Assembly (NCBI GenBank): GCA_047651235.1
Contig: CP178758.1
Span: 150,001 to 182,000, forward strand
Direction of reading: 5' to 3'
Source of the DNA: Candidatus Electrothrix yaqonensis
GTDB taxonomy: Bacteria > Desulfobacterota > Desulfobulbia > Desulfobulbales > Desulfobulbaceae
Length of the DNA: 32,000 nt
Part shown: in pieces, positions 24,271 through 32,000 of the stretch
Layout of the letters: every line of letters begins with the position of its first letter
Numbering within the stretch: the stretch's first letter is position 1
Notes under the pieces: generated by a model
The model's database searches: none
Seen by the model: the letters and a program-made list of their open reading frames with translations, nothing else
What the model was told of the DNA's origin: nothing
Position numbers and translations under genes: made by a program

Positions 24271-25599
24271 ATGACCCGTGACGAGATTATGAAAATTATT
24301 GAGGAGCAGAATGTCCATTTCTTCCGGCTCCAGTTTGTCGATATTCTGGGCTTTATGAAGAATGTCGCCGTGCCCCTGAGCCAGATCGAAAAGGCGCTGG
24401 ACGGCCAGATGATGTTTGACGGCTCCTCTATTGACGGCTTTGTCCGCATCAATGAATCCGATATGTATCTGAAGCCGGACTATGACACCTTCACTGTCCT
24501 GCCCTGGCGGAACCAGAACGGCACCAATGCCGCCCGGATTATCTGCGATGTATACAAGTCCGACGGCACGCCCTTTGAGGGCTGCCCGCGCAACAACCTG
24601 AAGCGGGTTCTGGCCGAGGCCAAAGAGCTGGGCTACACCATGAATGTGGGCACTGAGGCGGAATTTTTCCTGTTTGAACAGAATGACGACGGCACCGGCA
24701 GCACGGTCACCCACGACGTTGCCGGATATTTTGATGTAGATCCCGAAGACAAAGGTATCAGCTGCCGCCGCGAGATCATCGAGACCCTGGAGGCTATGGG
24801 CTTTGAGATCGAGGCGTCGCATCACGAGGTTGCCGAAGGCCAACACGAGGTCAACTTCAAGTACGCCGATGCTCTGGCTGCCGCAGACAACACCGTGACC
24901 TTCAAGTGGGTTGTCCGTTCCATTGCTGCCGAATACGGCCTCCATGCCACCTTTATGCCCAAACCGGTTTTCGGCATCAACGGTTCTGGTATGCACACCA
25001 ACCAGTCCCTGTTCAATCTGGACGGCACCAATGCCTTCTTTGATGAGAACGGCCCGCTCCAGCTCTCCGAGACCGCCTACAAGTACATCGCCGGTATTGC
25101 CAAGAATGCCAAGGGATTTGCTGCGGTAACCAACCCGCTGGTCAACTCCTACAAGCGGCTTGTTCCTGGCTATGAGGCCCCGGTCTACGTGGCCTGGTCA
25201 GCTTCCAACCGCTCCGCCCTGATCCGCATCCCGGCCTCACGCGGCATGGGAACCCGCACCGAGGTCCGCTGCCCGGATCCGACCTGCAACCCGTACCTGG
25301 CTTTTGCCATGATGCTGAATTCAGGTCTGGACGGCGTTAAAAACAGCCTGGAAGCACCGGATTCGGTCAATCAGGATATCTTCAAAATGACTCCGGCCGA
25401 GAAGGAAGCCGCCTGTATCGAGAGCATGCCTGCCAATCTGAAGGAGGCCATCGATGCCCTCAAGGCCAACCCGATAGCCAGAGAGACTCTCGGTGATCAT
25501 ATCTTCGATCACTACATCGAGAACAAAGAGAAAGAATGGGATGACTACCGTACTGCAGTCACTGACTGGGAAGTGGATAATTACCTGAATAACTACTGA
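24271..25599 (+). CDS. glnA: Glutamine synthetase type I
   Basis: 442 aa. AAGGAG is upstream of the ATG. GS signatures: FDGSSIDGF, GTEAEFFLF, KPVFGINGSGMHTNQS, NSYKRLVPGYEAP. Confidence 0.95.
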   Translation: MTRDEIMKIIEEQNVHFFRLQFVDILGFMKNVAVPLSQIEKALDGQMMFDGSSIDGFVRINESDMYLKPDYDTFTVLPWRNQNGTNAARIICDVYKSDGTPFEGCPRNNLKRVLAEAKELGYTMNVGTEAEFFLFEQNDDGTGSTVTHDVAGYFDVDPEDKGISCRREIIETLEAMGFEIEASHHEVAEGQHEVNFKYADALAAADNTVTFKWVVRSIAAEYGLHATFMPKPVFGINGSGMHTNQSLFNLDGTNAFFDENGPLQLSETAYKYIAGIAKNAKGFAAVTNPLVNSYKRLVPGYEAPVYVAWSASNRSALIRIPASRGMGTRTEVRCPDPTCNPYLAFAMMLNSGLDGVKNSLEAPDSVNQDIFKMTPAEKEAACIESMPANLKEAIDALKANPIARETLGDHIFDHYIENKEKEWDDYRTAVTDWEVDNYLNNY

Positions 25600-25633
25600 T
25601 CAGGCGTTACGGCATTTCCTTTTTATCTGCTCT

Positions 25634-25680
25634 GTCCGGGACGGTGTTGCTGTCTCGGACACCTCTCTCTTTGTCATTTT
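25634..25680 (+). terminator. Candidate glnA terminator
   Basis: GTCCGGGAC (25634-25642) pairs with GTCTCGGAC (25652-25660) as 9 bp with one G-U. It is followed by the T-rich ACCTCTCTCTTTGTCATTTTT. Confidence 0.45.
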
Positions 25681-25981
25681 TCACTGTTTCTTTCAAAATA
25701 TAGATGAGTTGCCTAATTCGACTGCAGGCAGGGTGTTGAACGGGTCGATCCGGGAGGAGGGAAATTTAAGTCACCGCCTGAAACCACGTTGGTCTATGCG
25801 TAGGGCAGGTGCCGAAGGGGGTTGTGTGTGAAGTGAGTGGTCATTCGTTCTCCGTCATTGCCCGGCCAAGCCGGGCAATTTAGACGCTTGATCTATCGAA
25901 ATTTGTAGGCACGGTTGTCAGCCGACTCCTCGAATAAGAACATTAATTAAGTTGGAAACTAATACGATAAAACTATACATC

Positions 25982-26245
25982 TTAACCTCTTAAGGTAAGT
26001 TGAACATCAACCCCGTATTCTGAAAAGGAATCTGGTTCCCTGTAACTAACAGATTCAACAGCAAAACCTACTCTATCCCTACGGGATGTTTCTTGAAACT
26101 GAAATGCAGCTGGAGAAGCTATAACTGTTCCGTCAATCCACTGATCTCCAGTGATTGGTGGTGCTCCGTTAATATGGGACATAGAGATATAGCTGGAGCA
26201 ACATAATTTGAATATGCCCACAAGAGGCATAAGTTTTGCCTTCAC
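25982..26245 (-). CDS. Hypothetical ORF (87 aa), doubtful, possibly a gene fragment
   Basis: The ORF sits in an AT-rich degraded region. I see no clear RBS and recognise no family. One arm of the 17-bp inverted repeat lies within it. Confidence 0.2.
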   Translation of the reverse strand: MKAKLMPLVGIFKLCCSSYISMSHINGAPPITGDQWIDGTVIASPAAFQFQETSRRDRVGFAVESVSYREPDSFSEYGVDVQLTLRG

Positions 26246-26298
26246 GCCTTTCAGATAGCTGATCCTGTATTCAGTTTATACTGCTCCAGCTATATCTC
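26184..26298. repeat. 17-bp perfect inverted repeat with 81-bp spacer
   Basis: GAGATATAGCTGGAGCA (26184-26200) and its exact reverse complement TGCTCCAGCTATATCTC (26282-26298). Confidence 0.9.
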
Positions 26299-26364
26299 CA
26301 GAGGTTTGAGAAATTCTTCCAATAAAACATCGCCGGGAGTGATTAGAGATAATTTTTTCGCCAT
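26290..26364 (-). pseudogene. HigA-type (Xre HTH) antitoxin N-terminal remnant
   Basis: The minus strand from ATG 26364 reads MAKKLSLITPGDVLLEEFLKPLEI*, matching the ITPGEILxEEFLxPLGI start of HigA antitoxins. An in-frame TAG follows, then LEQYKLNTGSAI* (compare SQYKLAK). The rest of the HTH is absent. Confidence 0.45.
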
Positions 26365-26368
26365 ACTT

Positions 26369-26866
26369 TTATCCTTCCTGCTCCGTAAGTTCCTGTTTTT
26401 CACCATCCCCCTCAAGAATTTGCAACACCAAAAAGATCGCCACCCCGACGAAAATCGCTGAATCCGCCACATTAAAGGCAGGCCAATGGTATTTGCCGAT
26501 ATAGACATCCAGAAAATCCACCACTGAGCCGTACAGCACCCGGTCGATGACGTTGCCCACAGCCCCGCCGCCGATGCAGGCGAAACAGAGGGTGTACCAG
26601 GCGTTCTCTTTTCCCATCTTGCGCTGCATAAGAACAAGTGCCACCAGGGCAACCGCTGCAATGGAGATGAAAAAAATCTGCCGCCAGAGCAAAGGCATGT
26701 CAGAGAGCATACCAAAGGCGGCCCCGGTATTACGGAGAAAGGTCAGGTTGAAAAAGCCCGGAATAATAACTCTGGAATCATAGAGAGCAAAGTTGTCCAG
26801 AATCGAGACCTTGGTCAGCTGGTCGCCAACCACGACCAGCACCATGATGATGAAAAAACGGATCAT
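26369..26866 (-). CDS. lspA: Lipoprotein signal peptidase II
   Basis: Start taken at MIRFFIIM (26866), 2 nt after the ileS stop. LspA motifs: FNLTFLRNTGAAFG, VGNVIDR, FNVADSAI. Confidence 0.9.
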   Translation of the reverse strand: MIRFFIIMVLVVVGDQLTKVSILDNFALYDSRVIIPGFFNLTFLRNTGAAFGMLSDMPLLWRQIFFISIAAVALVALVLMQRKMGKENAWYTLCFACIGGGAVGNVIDRVLYGSVVDFLDVYIGKYHWPAFNVADSAIFVGVAIFLVLQILEGDGEKQELTEQEG

Positions 26867-26868
26867 AA

Positions 26869-29685
26869 TCAGCCTGCCAGCTCCTTGACCACAGCAAGAC
26901 AGCGGCTGCACAGGGTCGGATGTTCGCTGTCCTCGCCCACTGAGGGAGAAATGGTCCAGCAACGTTCACATTTATTGCCCGGTGCGGGCCGAACAGCAAT
27001 CTGCAAGTCCTTCATTTCCTCGCCAGCAACAAAGCTGGCATCGCCTGCCTCGGTAACGACCTGCAAACTGGAGATAATACAGAGTTCCTGCAGCAGGGCC
27101 TGATTTTCGCGGAGAAAGGCGGCTGTTTCCGCATCTGCCTGCAGCAGCACTTCGGCATCCAGGGACAGGCCGATGGTCTTGTCCCGGCGGGCTGCCTCCA
27201 GCACCCTGGTGATTTCACTGCGCAGGGCGAGCAGTCGCTGCCAGCGGGCATCCAGTTCCGCATCCGGCACAATATCATCCACCCTGGGAAAGTCGGCAAA
27301 AAAGACCGATTCTTCAATAGGCGATTTCTGATCCAGCCCGTGCAGATGCTCCCAAGCCTCGGCTGCGGTCACGCTGAGGATGGGCGCGATAAGGCGCAGC
27401 AGCCCATCCAAAATCCGGTAGATCACGGTCTGCGCAGCCCGGCGGCCCGGCTCATCCGTGCCGGAGCAATAGAGCCGGTCTTTGAGGATATCTGCGTACA
27501 GGTTGGAAATGGTGGTGCCGCAGAAGTTGAGCAGCCGGTGATAAATAGCGTGAAACTCGTACTCGGTATAGGCGCGTTCCACCCGGTGCACCAGTTCGGC
27601 AAAACGGGCCAGGGCCCAGCGGTCCAGCTCGCTGAAGGTCTCAAGGCCCACGCTGTTTGTGTCCGGATCAAAATCATCGAGATTGGAGAGCAGGAAGCGG
27701 ATGGTATTCCGAATCTTGCGGTAGGCATCCGAGACATGACGCAGGATTTCCTCGGAGACCTTGACGTCATCCCGGTAGTCCTCGCTGGCCACCCAGAGGC
27801 GCAGGATTTCCGCCCCGAACTTGTCGATCATCTCCTGGGGCAGGATGACGTTGCCCACGGATTTGGACATCTTCTTGCCTTTGCCGTCCACCACATAACC
27901 GTGGGTGAGCACACCTTTGAACGGTGCGCAGTCGCGGGTGCCCACCGAGGCCAGTAGAGAGGACTGGAACCAGCCCCGATGCTGGTCACTGCCTTCCAAG
28001 TACAGATCTGCTGGAGAGCGCAGCTCGTCCCGAGCCTCCATAACCGCCGCATGGCTGACCCCGGAATCAAACCAGACATCCAGGATATCTGTCTCTTTCT
28101 CAAAATGGGTTGAGCCGCAGGAGCATTGTACCTCGTCCGGGAGAAAGTCCGCTGCCTCATGCTTGAACCAGGCATCGGCTCCTTCTTGTTCAAACATGGC
28201 CTCAATATTTTCACAGACCGCAGCATCCTTGAGGATCTCGCCGCAATCCGCGCAGGTCAGCACGGTAAGCGGGACACCCCAGGAACGCTGGCGGGAGACA
28301 CACCAGTCCGGTCGGCCTTCCACCATACCGTAGATACGTTGCTGGCCCCAGGCCGGGGTCCACTTGACCTTGTTGATGGCCTGCAGGGCCTTGTTACGCA
28401 GGTCATTATTCTTCATGGAGATGAACCACTGCTTGGTGGCTCGGTAGATCACCGGTTTTTTGCAACGCCAGCAATGGGGATAGGAGTGATTGATCTCGCT
28501 CTCCTTGACCAGGGAGCCGTCTGCTACCATGTCATCGTTGATCTCCCGGTTGACCGCCGGGATCTGGCGACCAGCGTATTTGCCTGCCTCTTCTGTGTAT
28601 TCACCTGCGTCATTTAGGGGCGAAAGCACCTCCAGGTCATAGCGCAGACCGGTGATATAGTCATCTGCACCATGTCCGGGTGCGGTATGGACACAACCGG
28701 TACCGGCTTCAGTGGTGACATAATCAGCCAGCACCATCAGGGAGTTCCGATCCAGGAAGGGGTGGCGACATTTCTTGCCTTCCAGCCCCTTGGCGGAAAA
28801 GGTGGTCAGCACCTTGTAGTCGCTGATCTCGAAGTCCTCAAAGCATTTTTCTACCAGCTCTTGGGCCAGAATCCAGACCTCATCCTTGACCGCAACAGCT
28901 GCATAGACAAAATTTGGATGAAAGGCCACGCCCATATTGGCGGGCAGGGTCCAGGGGGTGGTGGTCCAGATCAGCACCTTGAGGTTTTCCAGGCCAGCCA
29001 GTTCAGGCACGGCCTCTTTCAGCTCCTCTGGCTCCTCAGCCACAGGAAATTTGACATAAATAGACGGTGAGGTATGATCGTAATATTCCACCTCAGCTTC
29101 GGCCAAGGCGGTGCGGCAGGAGGAACACCAGTACACCGGTTTTTTGGAACGGACCACGCCGCCGGAAAGCAGAAACCGGTTGAACTCGCGGGCAATGGCT
29201 GCTTCATAACCGTAGTTAATCGTCAGATAGGGATTGTCCCAGTCACCCAGCACGCCCAGCCGCCGGAACTGCTCTTTCTGGGTCTTGATCCATTTCTCCG
29301 CATACTTGCGACAGGCCCCGCGCTTTGCCAACACCGGGATGGTTTCTTTTTTCTTGCCCAGCTCCTTGTCTACATTATGCTCAATGGGCAGACCGTGGCA
29401 GTCCCAGCCCGGAATATACGGGGCCTGGAAACCAGCCAATCGGCGGGACTTGAGGATAATATCCTTGAGTACCTTATTAAAGGCTGTACCGAGATGAATA
29501 TTACCGTTGGCATAGGGAGGTCCATCGTGCAGGATGAACAGGGGCCTGTCCGCTGCGGCCTGCTGCAGTTTCTGATACAGTTTTTCCTTGTCCCAGCGTT
29601 TCAGGTACTGCGGCTCCTTCTGGGTCAGATTGGCCTTCATCTTGAATTTGGTTCTGGGCAGGTTCAGGGTGTCCCGGTAGTCCAT
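26869..29685 (-). CDS. ileS: Isoleucine--tRNA ligase
   Basis: Start taken at MDYRDTLNLPRTKF (29685). The HIGH motif is PYANGNIHLGTA and the KMSKS motif is KKMSKS. The C-terminal zinc motif is CERCW...CSRC. Confidence 0.95.
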   Translation of the reverse strand: MDYRDTLNLPRTKFKMKANLTQKEPQYLKRWDKEKLYQKLQQAAADRPLFILHDGPPYANGNIHLGTAFNKVLKDIILKSRRLAGFQAPYIPGWDCHGLPIEHNVDKELGKKKETIPVLAKRGACRKYAEKWIKTQKEQFRRLGVLGDWDNPYLTINYGYEAAIAREFNRFLLSGGVVRSKKPVYWCSSCRTALAEAEVEYYDHTSPSIYVKFPVAEEPEELKEAVPELAGLENLKVLIWTTTPWTLPANMGVAFHPNFVYAAVAVKDEVWILAQELVEKCFEDFEISDYKVLTTFSAKGLEGKKCRHPFLDRNSLMVLADYVTTEAGTGCVHTAPGHGADDYITGLRYDLEVLSPLNDAGEYTEEAGKYAGRQIPAVNREINDDMVADGSLVKESEINHSYPHCWRCKKPVIYRATKQWFISMKNNDLRNKALQAINKVKWTPAWGQQRIYGMVEGRPDWCVSRQRSWGVPLTVLTCADCGEILKDAAVCENIEAMFEQEGADAWFKHEAADFLPDEVQCSCGSTHFEKETDILDVWFDSGVSHAAVMEARDELRSPADLYLEGSDQHRGWFQSSLLASVGTRDCAPFKGVLTHGYVVDGKGKKMSKSVGNVILPQEMIDKFGAEILRLWVASEDYRDDVKVSEEILRHVSDAYRKIRNTIRFLLSNLDDFDPDTNSVGLETFSELDRWALARFAELVHRVERAYTEYEFHAIYHRLLNFCGTTISNLYADILKDRLYCSGTDEPGRRAAQTVIYRILDGLLRLIAPILSVTAAEAWEHLHGLDQKSPIEESVFFADFPRVDDIVPDAELDARWQRLLALRSEITRVLEAARRDKTIGLSLDAEVLLQADAETAAFLRENQALLQELCIISSLQVVTEAGDASFVAGEEMKDLQIAVRPAPGNKCERCWTISPSVGEDSEHPTLCSRCLAVVKELAG

Positions 29686-30054
29686 TTTTTTTCTCGCGGA
29701 TAAAATATTGAATCTTATTTTTTCAGTACGCCGGACGTTCTGTACGGCCTGTTGATATTCTGCTGCCATATGCTGTCATTGAACAGGGAAAAAGATTTTA
29801 CCCCGAACCGGAGAAGATGCAAGGGAAAAGCCCGGCTTTTCAGGGAAGCGGGACAGTTTACCGGCGGGAAGAAGATGACGGAATAACCTTGCACAAAATC
29901 CCTGCCGCATGAAGCCCAATTATCATTTTATTCGCTCCGGATTAATTTTGCTTCTCTCATGGAGTTTACCCTTCCATATTCCCGGCAAATCGTCTAAAAT
30001 TAAAATTTTTTATCAATCACGCCGGAGATCTTGTACTCGTGCCCAGATAAAGCC

Positions 30055-30966
30055 ATGAACTCAGCCAAACGCATACTCTTTCCAATTCCGGAAGATGAAC
30101 GAAGTCCACTGGTTGATTGCCTTCTTCAGTTCATTGACTGGCAAAGGGGACGCATTGAACATCTGGAAAAAGAACTTGAGAAGCTGAAAAAACAGCAGAC
30201 CGACAACGTTGATACCGTTGAAACCATTGGCACCGCCGGTACGACGCACTCCACCAGGATGGCGGACAGCAGACCGGAACGGGAAAAGCCGGAGCAGCGG
30301 AAGCCGCAAAACAGTCAGTTCGATCAAGCTGATCAAGCCGATACCGACGCTGAAACGGCTCATCACAGCAGGATGGCGGACAGCAGATCGGAACAGAAAA
30401 AACTGATTGAAAAAAAAAAAAGAGTACAAAAGAAAAAAATAGACATACTGAATATCAATGAGGACGGATTCGTCACGCCTGAAAATATTCAACAGCTGCT
30501 GGTAAAAAACATACAGCAGCAGCTGGTAAACATGGAACATAAAAACAGGCGAAGATTCACCAGGATACCTATTGACTGGAATGCTGATTTGGACTTCGGA
30601 GTAAAAAAATACTATCAGCATCCTCTTAAGGATATAAGCCTGAGCGGCGTTTTTGTTACAGGAAGTTTCAAACAGAAAAAGGGAGATATATGCTCAATAA
30701 TGCTGACGCAGTCAAGAGTGGATTCAGATCTTACAATCAGGGCTGCCTGCTCAATTGTCAGAATCAATGGTCACGGCATGGCTCTCGATTTTATCTCTAT
30801 GAAAATAGACGATTTTATACATCTGCAGACTGTGCTGCTGCATGAGGCGAATGACCCCATTATTCTGGGTACTGAATTTGTCAACAACATTGACCTGGAA
30901 TTTGAAGATGATCTTATTTTATGTAAATCATATAAGTTTGATAATGACAAGAAAAAGAAAAAATAG
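30055..30966 (+). CDS. PilZ-domain protein with repeat-containing, Lys-rich N-terminal half
   Basis: Start taken at ATG 30055 (MNSAKRILF). PilZ motifs are RRRFTRIP and DISLSGVFV. The internal duplicated peptide is RMADSR(P/S)E. Poly-Lys tracts are present. Confidence 0.8.
   Translation: MNSAKRILFPIPEDERSPLVDCLLQFIDWQRGRIEHLEKELEKLKKQQTDNVDTVETIGTAGTTHSTRMADSRPEREKPEQRKPQNSQFDQADQADTDAETAHHSRMADSRSEQKKLIEKKKRVQKKKIDILNINEDGFVTPENIQQLLVKNIQQQLVNMEHKNRRRFTRIPIDWNADLDFGVKKYYQHPLKDISLSGVFVTGSFKQKKGDICSIMLTQSRVDSDLTIRAACSIVRINGHGMALDFISMKIDDFIHLQTVLLHEANDPIILGTEFVNNIDLEFEDDLILCKSYKFDNDKKKKK
30255..30394 (+). repeat. 26-nt direct repeat inside the PilZ gene (1 mismatch, 114-nt period)
   Basis: CAGGATGGCGGACAGCAGA(C/T)CGGAAC occurs at 30255-30280 and 30369-30394. 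Confidence 0.9.
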
Positions 30967-31082
30967 CATAATTATGAGGTGATAAACCCAATAACTCTTC
31001 CCCTCCCCTCTCGTTATATCCTGTCGATACTGACTCAATCAGCTGAAGCTATATAGCTGCCAGAGCCTCCTACGCTTTTTTG

Positions 31083-31111
31083 TTGACAAATACAAACCAT
31101 CTGTTTAAGTT
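31083..31111 (+). promoter_or_regulatory. Candidate dsrA promoter
   Basis: TTGACA (31083-31088), a 17-nt spacer, then TAAGTT (31106-31111). This would give a ~150-nt 5' UTR before the GGAGGG RBS. Confidence 0.3.
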
Positions 31112-31269
31112 CGCCTCCTAAATACCGGGTAATCAGTAAGGTAAAATGTTGCTGTTTTTCTGAACAACGTTGTTGAATTACACCTGTACTTCTACAGAGT
31201 TTGAGTAATTTTATACAGTTGTAGGCTTGTTTTATTTTTTCATATCATTTTAGCGAGGAGGGAACACCG

Positions 31270-32000
31270 ATGGCAAAGCATGATACGCCTATGTTGGACG
31301 AACTGGAAAAAGGCCCGTGGCCGAGTTTCGTTACCGACATGAAGCGCCAGGCAGAGACGCACCCTGAGTGCTGGGATATTCTCGGCCAGCTGGAGCTTTC
31401 GTTTGAAGACAAGATCACCCACTGGAAGCATGGCGGTATCGTTGGTGTATTCGGTTACGGCGGCGGTATCGTCGGTCGTTACTCCGATGTGCCGGACCGT
31501 TTCCCCGGGGTTGAGCATTTCCATACCGTCCGTATTGCCCAGCCTTCCGGTCTGTACTACTCCACCAAGAACCTCCGGGCTCTGATGGATCTGTGGGACA
31601 AGTACGGTTCCGGTATGACCAATATGCACGGTTCCACCGGCGACATGATCTTTCTCGGTACCCGTACCGAGAATCTGGAGCCGCTGTTCTGGGATCTGAC
31701 CCATGATCTGGAGCAGGATCTGGGCGGTTCCGGGTCCAACCTGCGGACCCCGTCCTGCTGTCTGGGCGAGTCCCGTTGTGAGTGGTCCTGTTATGATGCA
31801 CAGGATGTCTGCCATCATCTGACCATGCATTATCAGGATGAGATTCATCGTCCGGCCTTTCCGTACAAATTTAAGTTCAAATTCTCCGGTTGTCCCAACG
31901 ACTGTGTTGCCTCCATTGCCCGTTCCGATTTTGCTCTGATCGGTACCTGGAAGGACGATATCCGGATTGATCAGGCTGCGGTCAAAGAGTATGTTGCAGG
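31270..32000 (+). CDS. dsrA: Dissimilatory sulfite reductase alpha subunit (partial, runs off the window)
   Basis: ATG at 31270 after GAGGAGGG. The product reads [27 protein letters not shown]...[16 protein letters not shown]...[13 protein letters not shown]...[15 protein letters not shown], which is typical DsrA. The ORF track misses it because there is no stop in the window. Confidence 0.95.
   Translation, partial: MAKHDTPMLDELEKGPWPSFVTDMKRQAETHPECWDILGQLELSFEDKITHWKHGGIVGVFGYGGGIVGRYSDVPDRFPGVEHFHTVRIAQPSGLYYSTKNLRALMDLWDKYGSGMTNMHGSTGDMIFLGTRTENLEPLFWDLTHDLEQDLGGSGSNLRTPSCCLGESRCEWSCYDAQDVCHHLTMHYQDEIHRPAFPYKFKFKFSGCPNDCVASIARSDFALIGTWKDDIRIDQAAVKEYVA

Noticed and set aside
25700-25735. 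CRISPR-repeat-like string GTTGCCTAATTCGACTGCAGGCAGGGTGTTGAAC
   Set aside because: It occurs only once in the window. There are no regularly spaced copies and no cas genes.
26867-26962. N-terminal extension of lspA (track ORF to 26962), and likewise of ileS (to 29769)
   Set aside because: The extensions overlap the 3' end of ileS or non-conserved leader sequence. The conserved protein starts (MIRFFIIM for LspA, MDYRDTLNLPRTKF for IleS) give canonical lengths.

Overview
This 32-kb chromosomal segment looks like it comes from a Desulfobulbales-type (Desulfobacterota) sulfur-metabolising bacterium; that assignment is an inference from a partial dsrA at the right edge and the gene content. G+C-rich housekeeping blocks are well supported: a TPR lipoprotein with a LolB-like lipoprotein, cutA-cbiB, rlmH, an IscA-like gene, glnB-glnD-glnA, ileS-lspA and dsrA. 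Between them lie AT-richer accessory islets and gene wreckage. Hand counts illustrate the contrast: the 60-nt line at 12961 is 18/60 G+C, against 37/60 for the line at 11221. The strongest candidate for an undescribed system is the tight three-gene operon at 3815-8417. It encodes an AAA+ (MoxR/AAA_5-like) ATPase with a ~180-aa basic insertion between Walker A and B. The second gene is an 826-aa protein whose first ~560 aa I cannot assign and which ends in an FGE/SUMF1 (C-type-lectin-fold) module. The third is a stand-alone paralogous FGE module. Both FGE modules lack the catalytic Cys pair of true formylglycine-generating enzymes. Other items worth a second look:
- A small Cys-rich two-gene cassette with an ATGA overlap and a hairpin that sequesters the Shine-Dalgarno (SD) sequence (8478-9106).
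- A self-contained unit of promoter, structured leader, sORF, orphan 244-aa protein and terminator (9491-10841).
- An AT-rich islet carrying a membrane-anchored coiled-coil DUF4041/T5orf172 protein that abuts an mntA-like 3' remnant.
- A membrane-anchored multiheme cytochrome (11 CxxCH plus 1 CX4CH) next to a toxin-first hepT-mntA pair.
- A broken dehydratase/activase locus interrupted by an AT-rich cassette encoding a secreted Gly/Ser/His-repeat protein.
- A higA remnant with a 17-bp inverted repeat downstream of lspA.
- A repeat-containing PilZ protein with an A12 tract just upstream of dsrA.
I saw no rRNA, tRNA or CRISPR array. All family assignments come from motif recognition by eye; no database search was possible.
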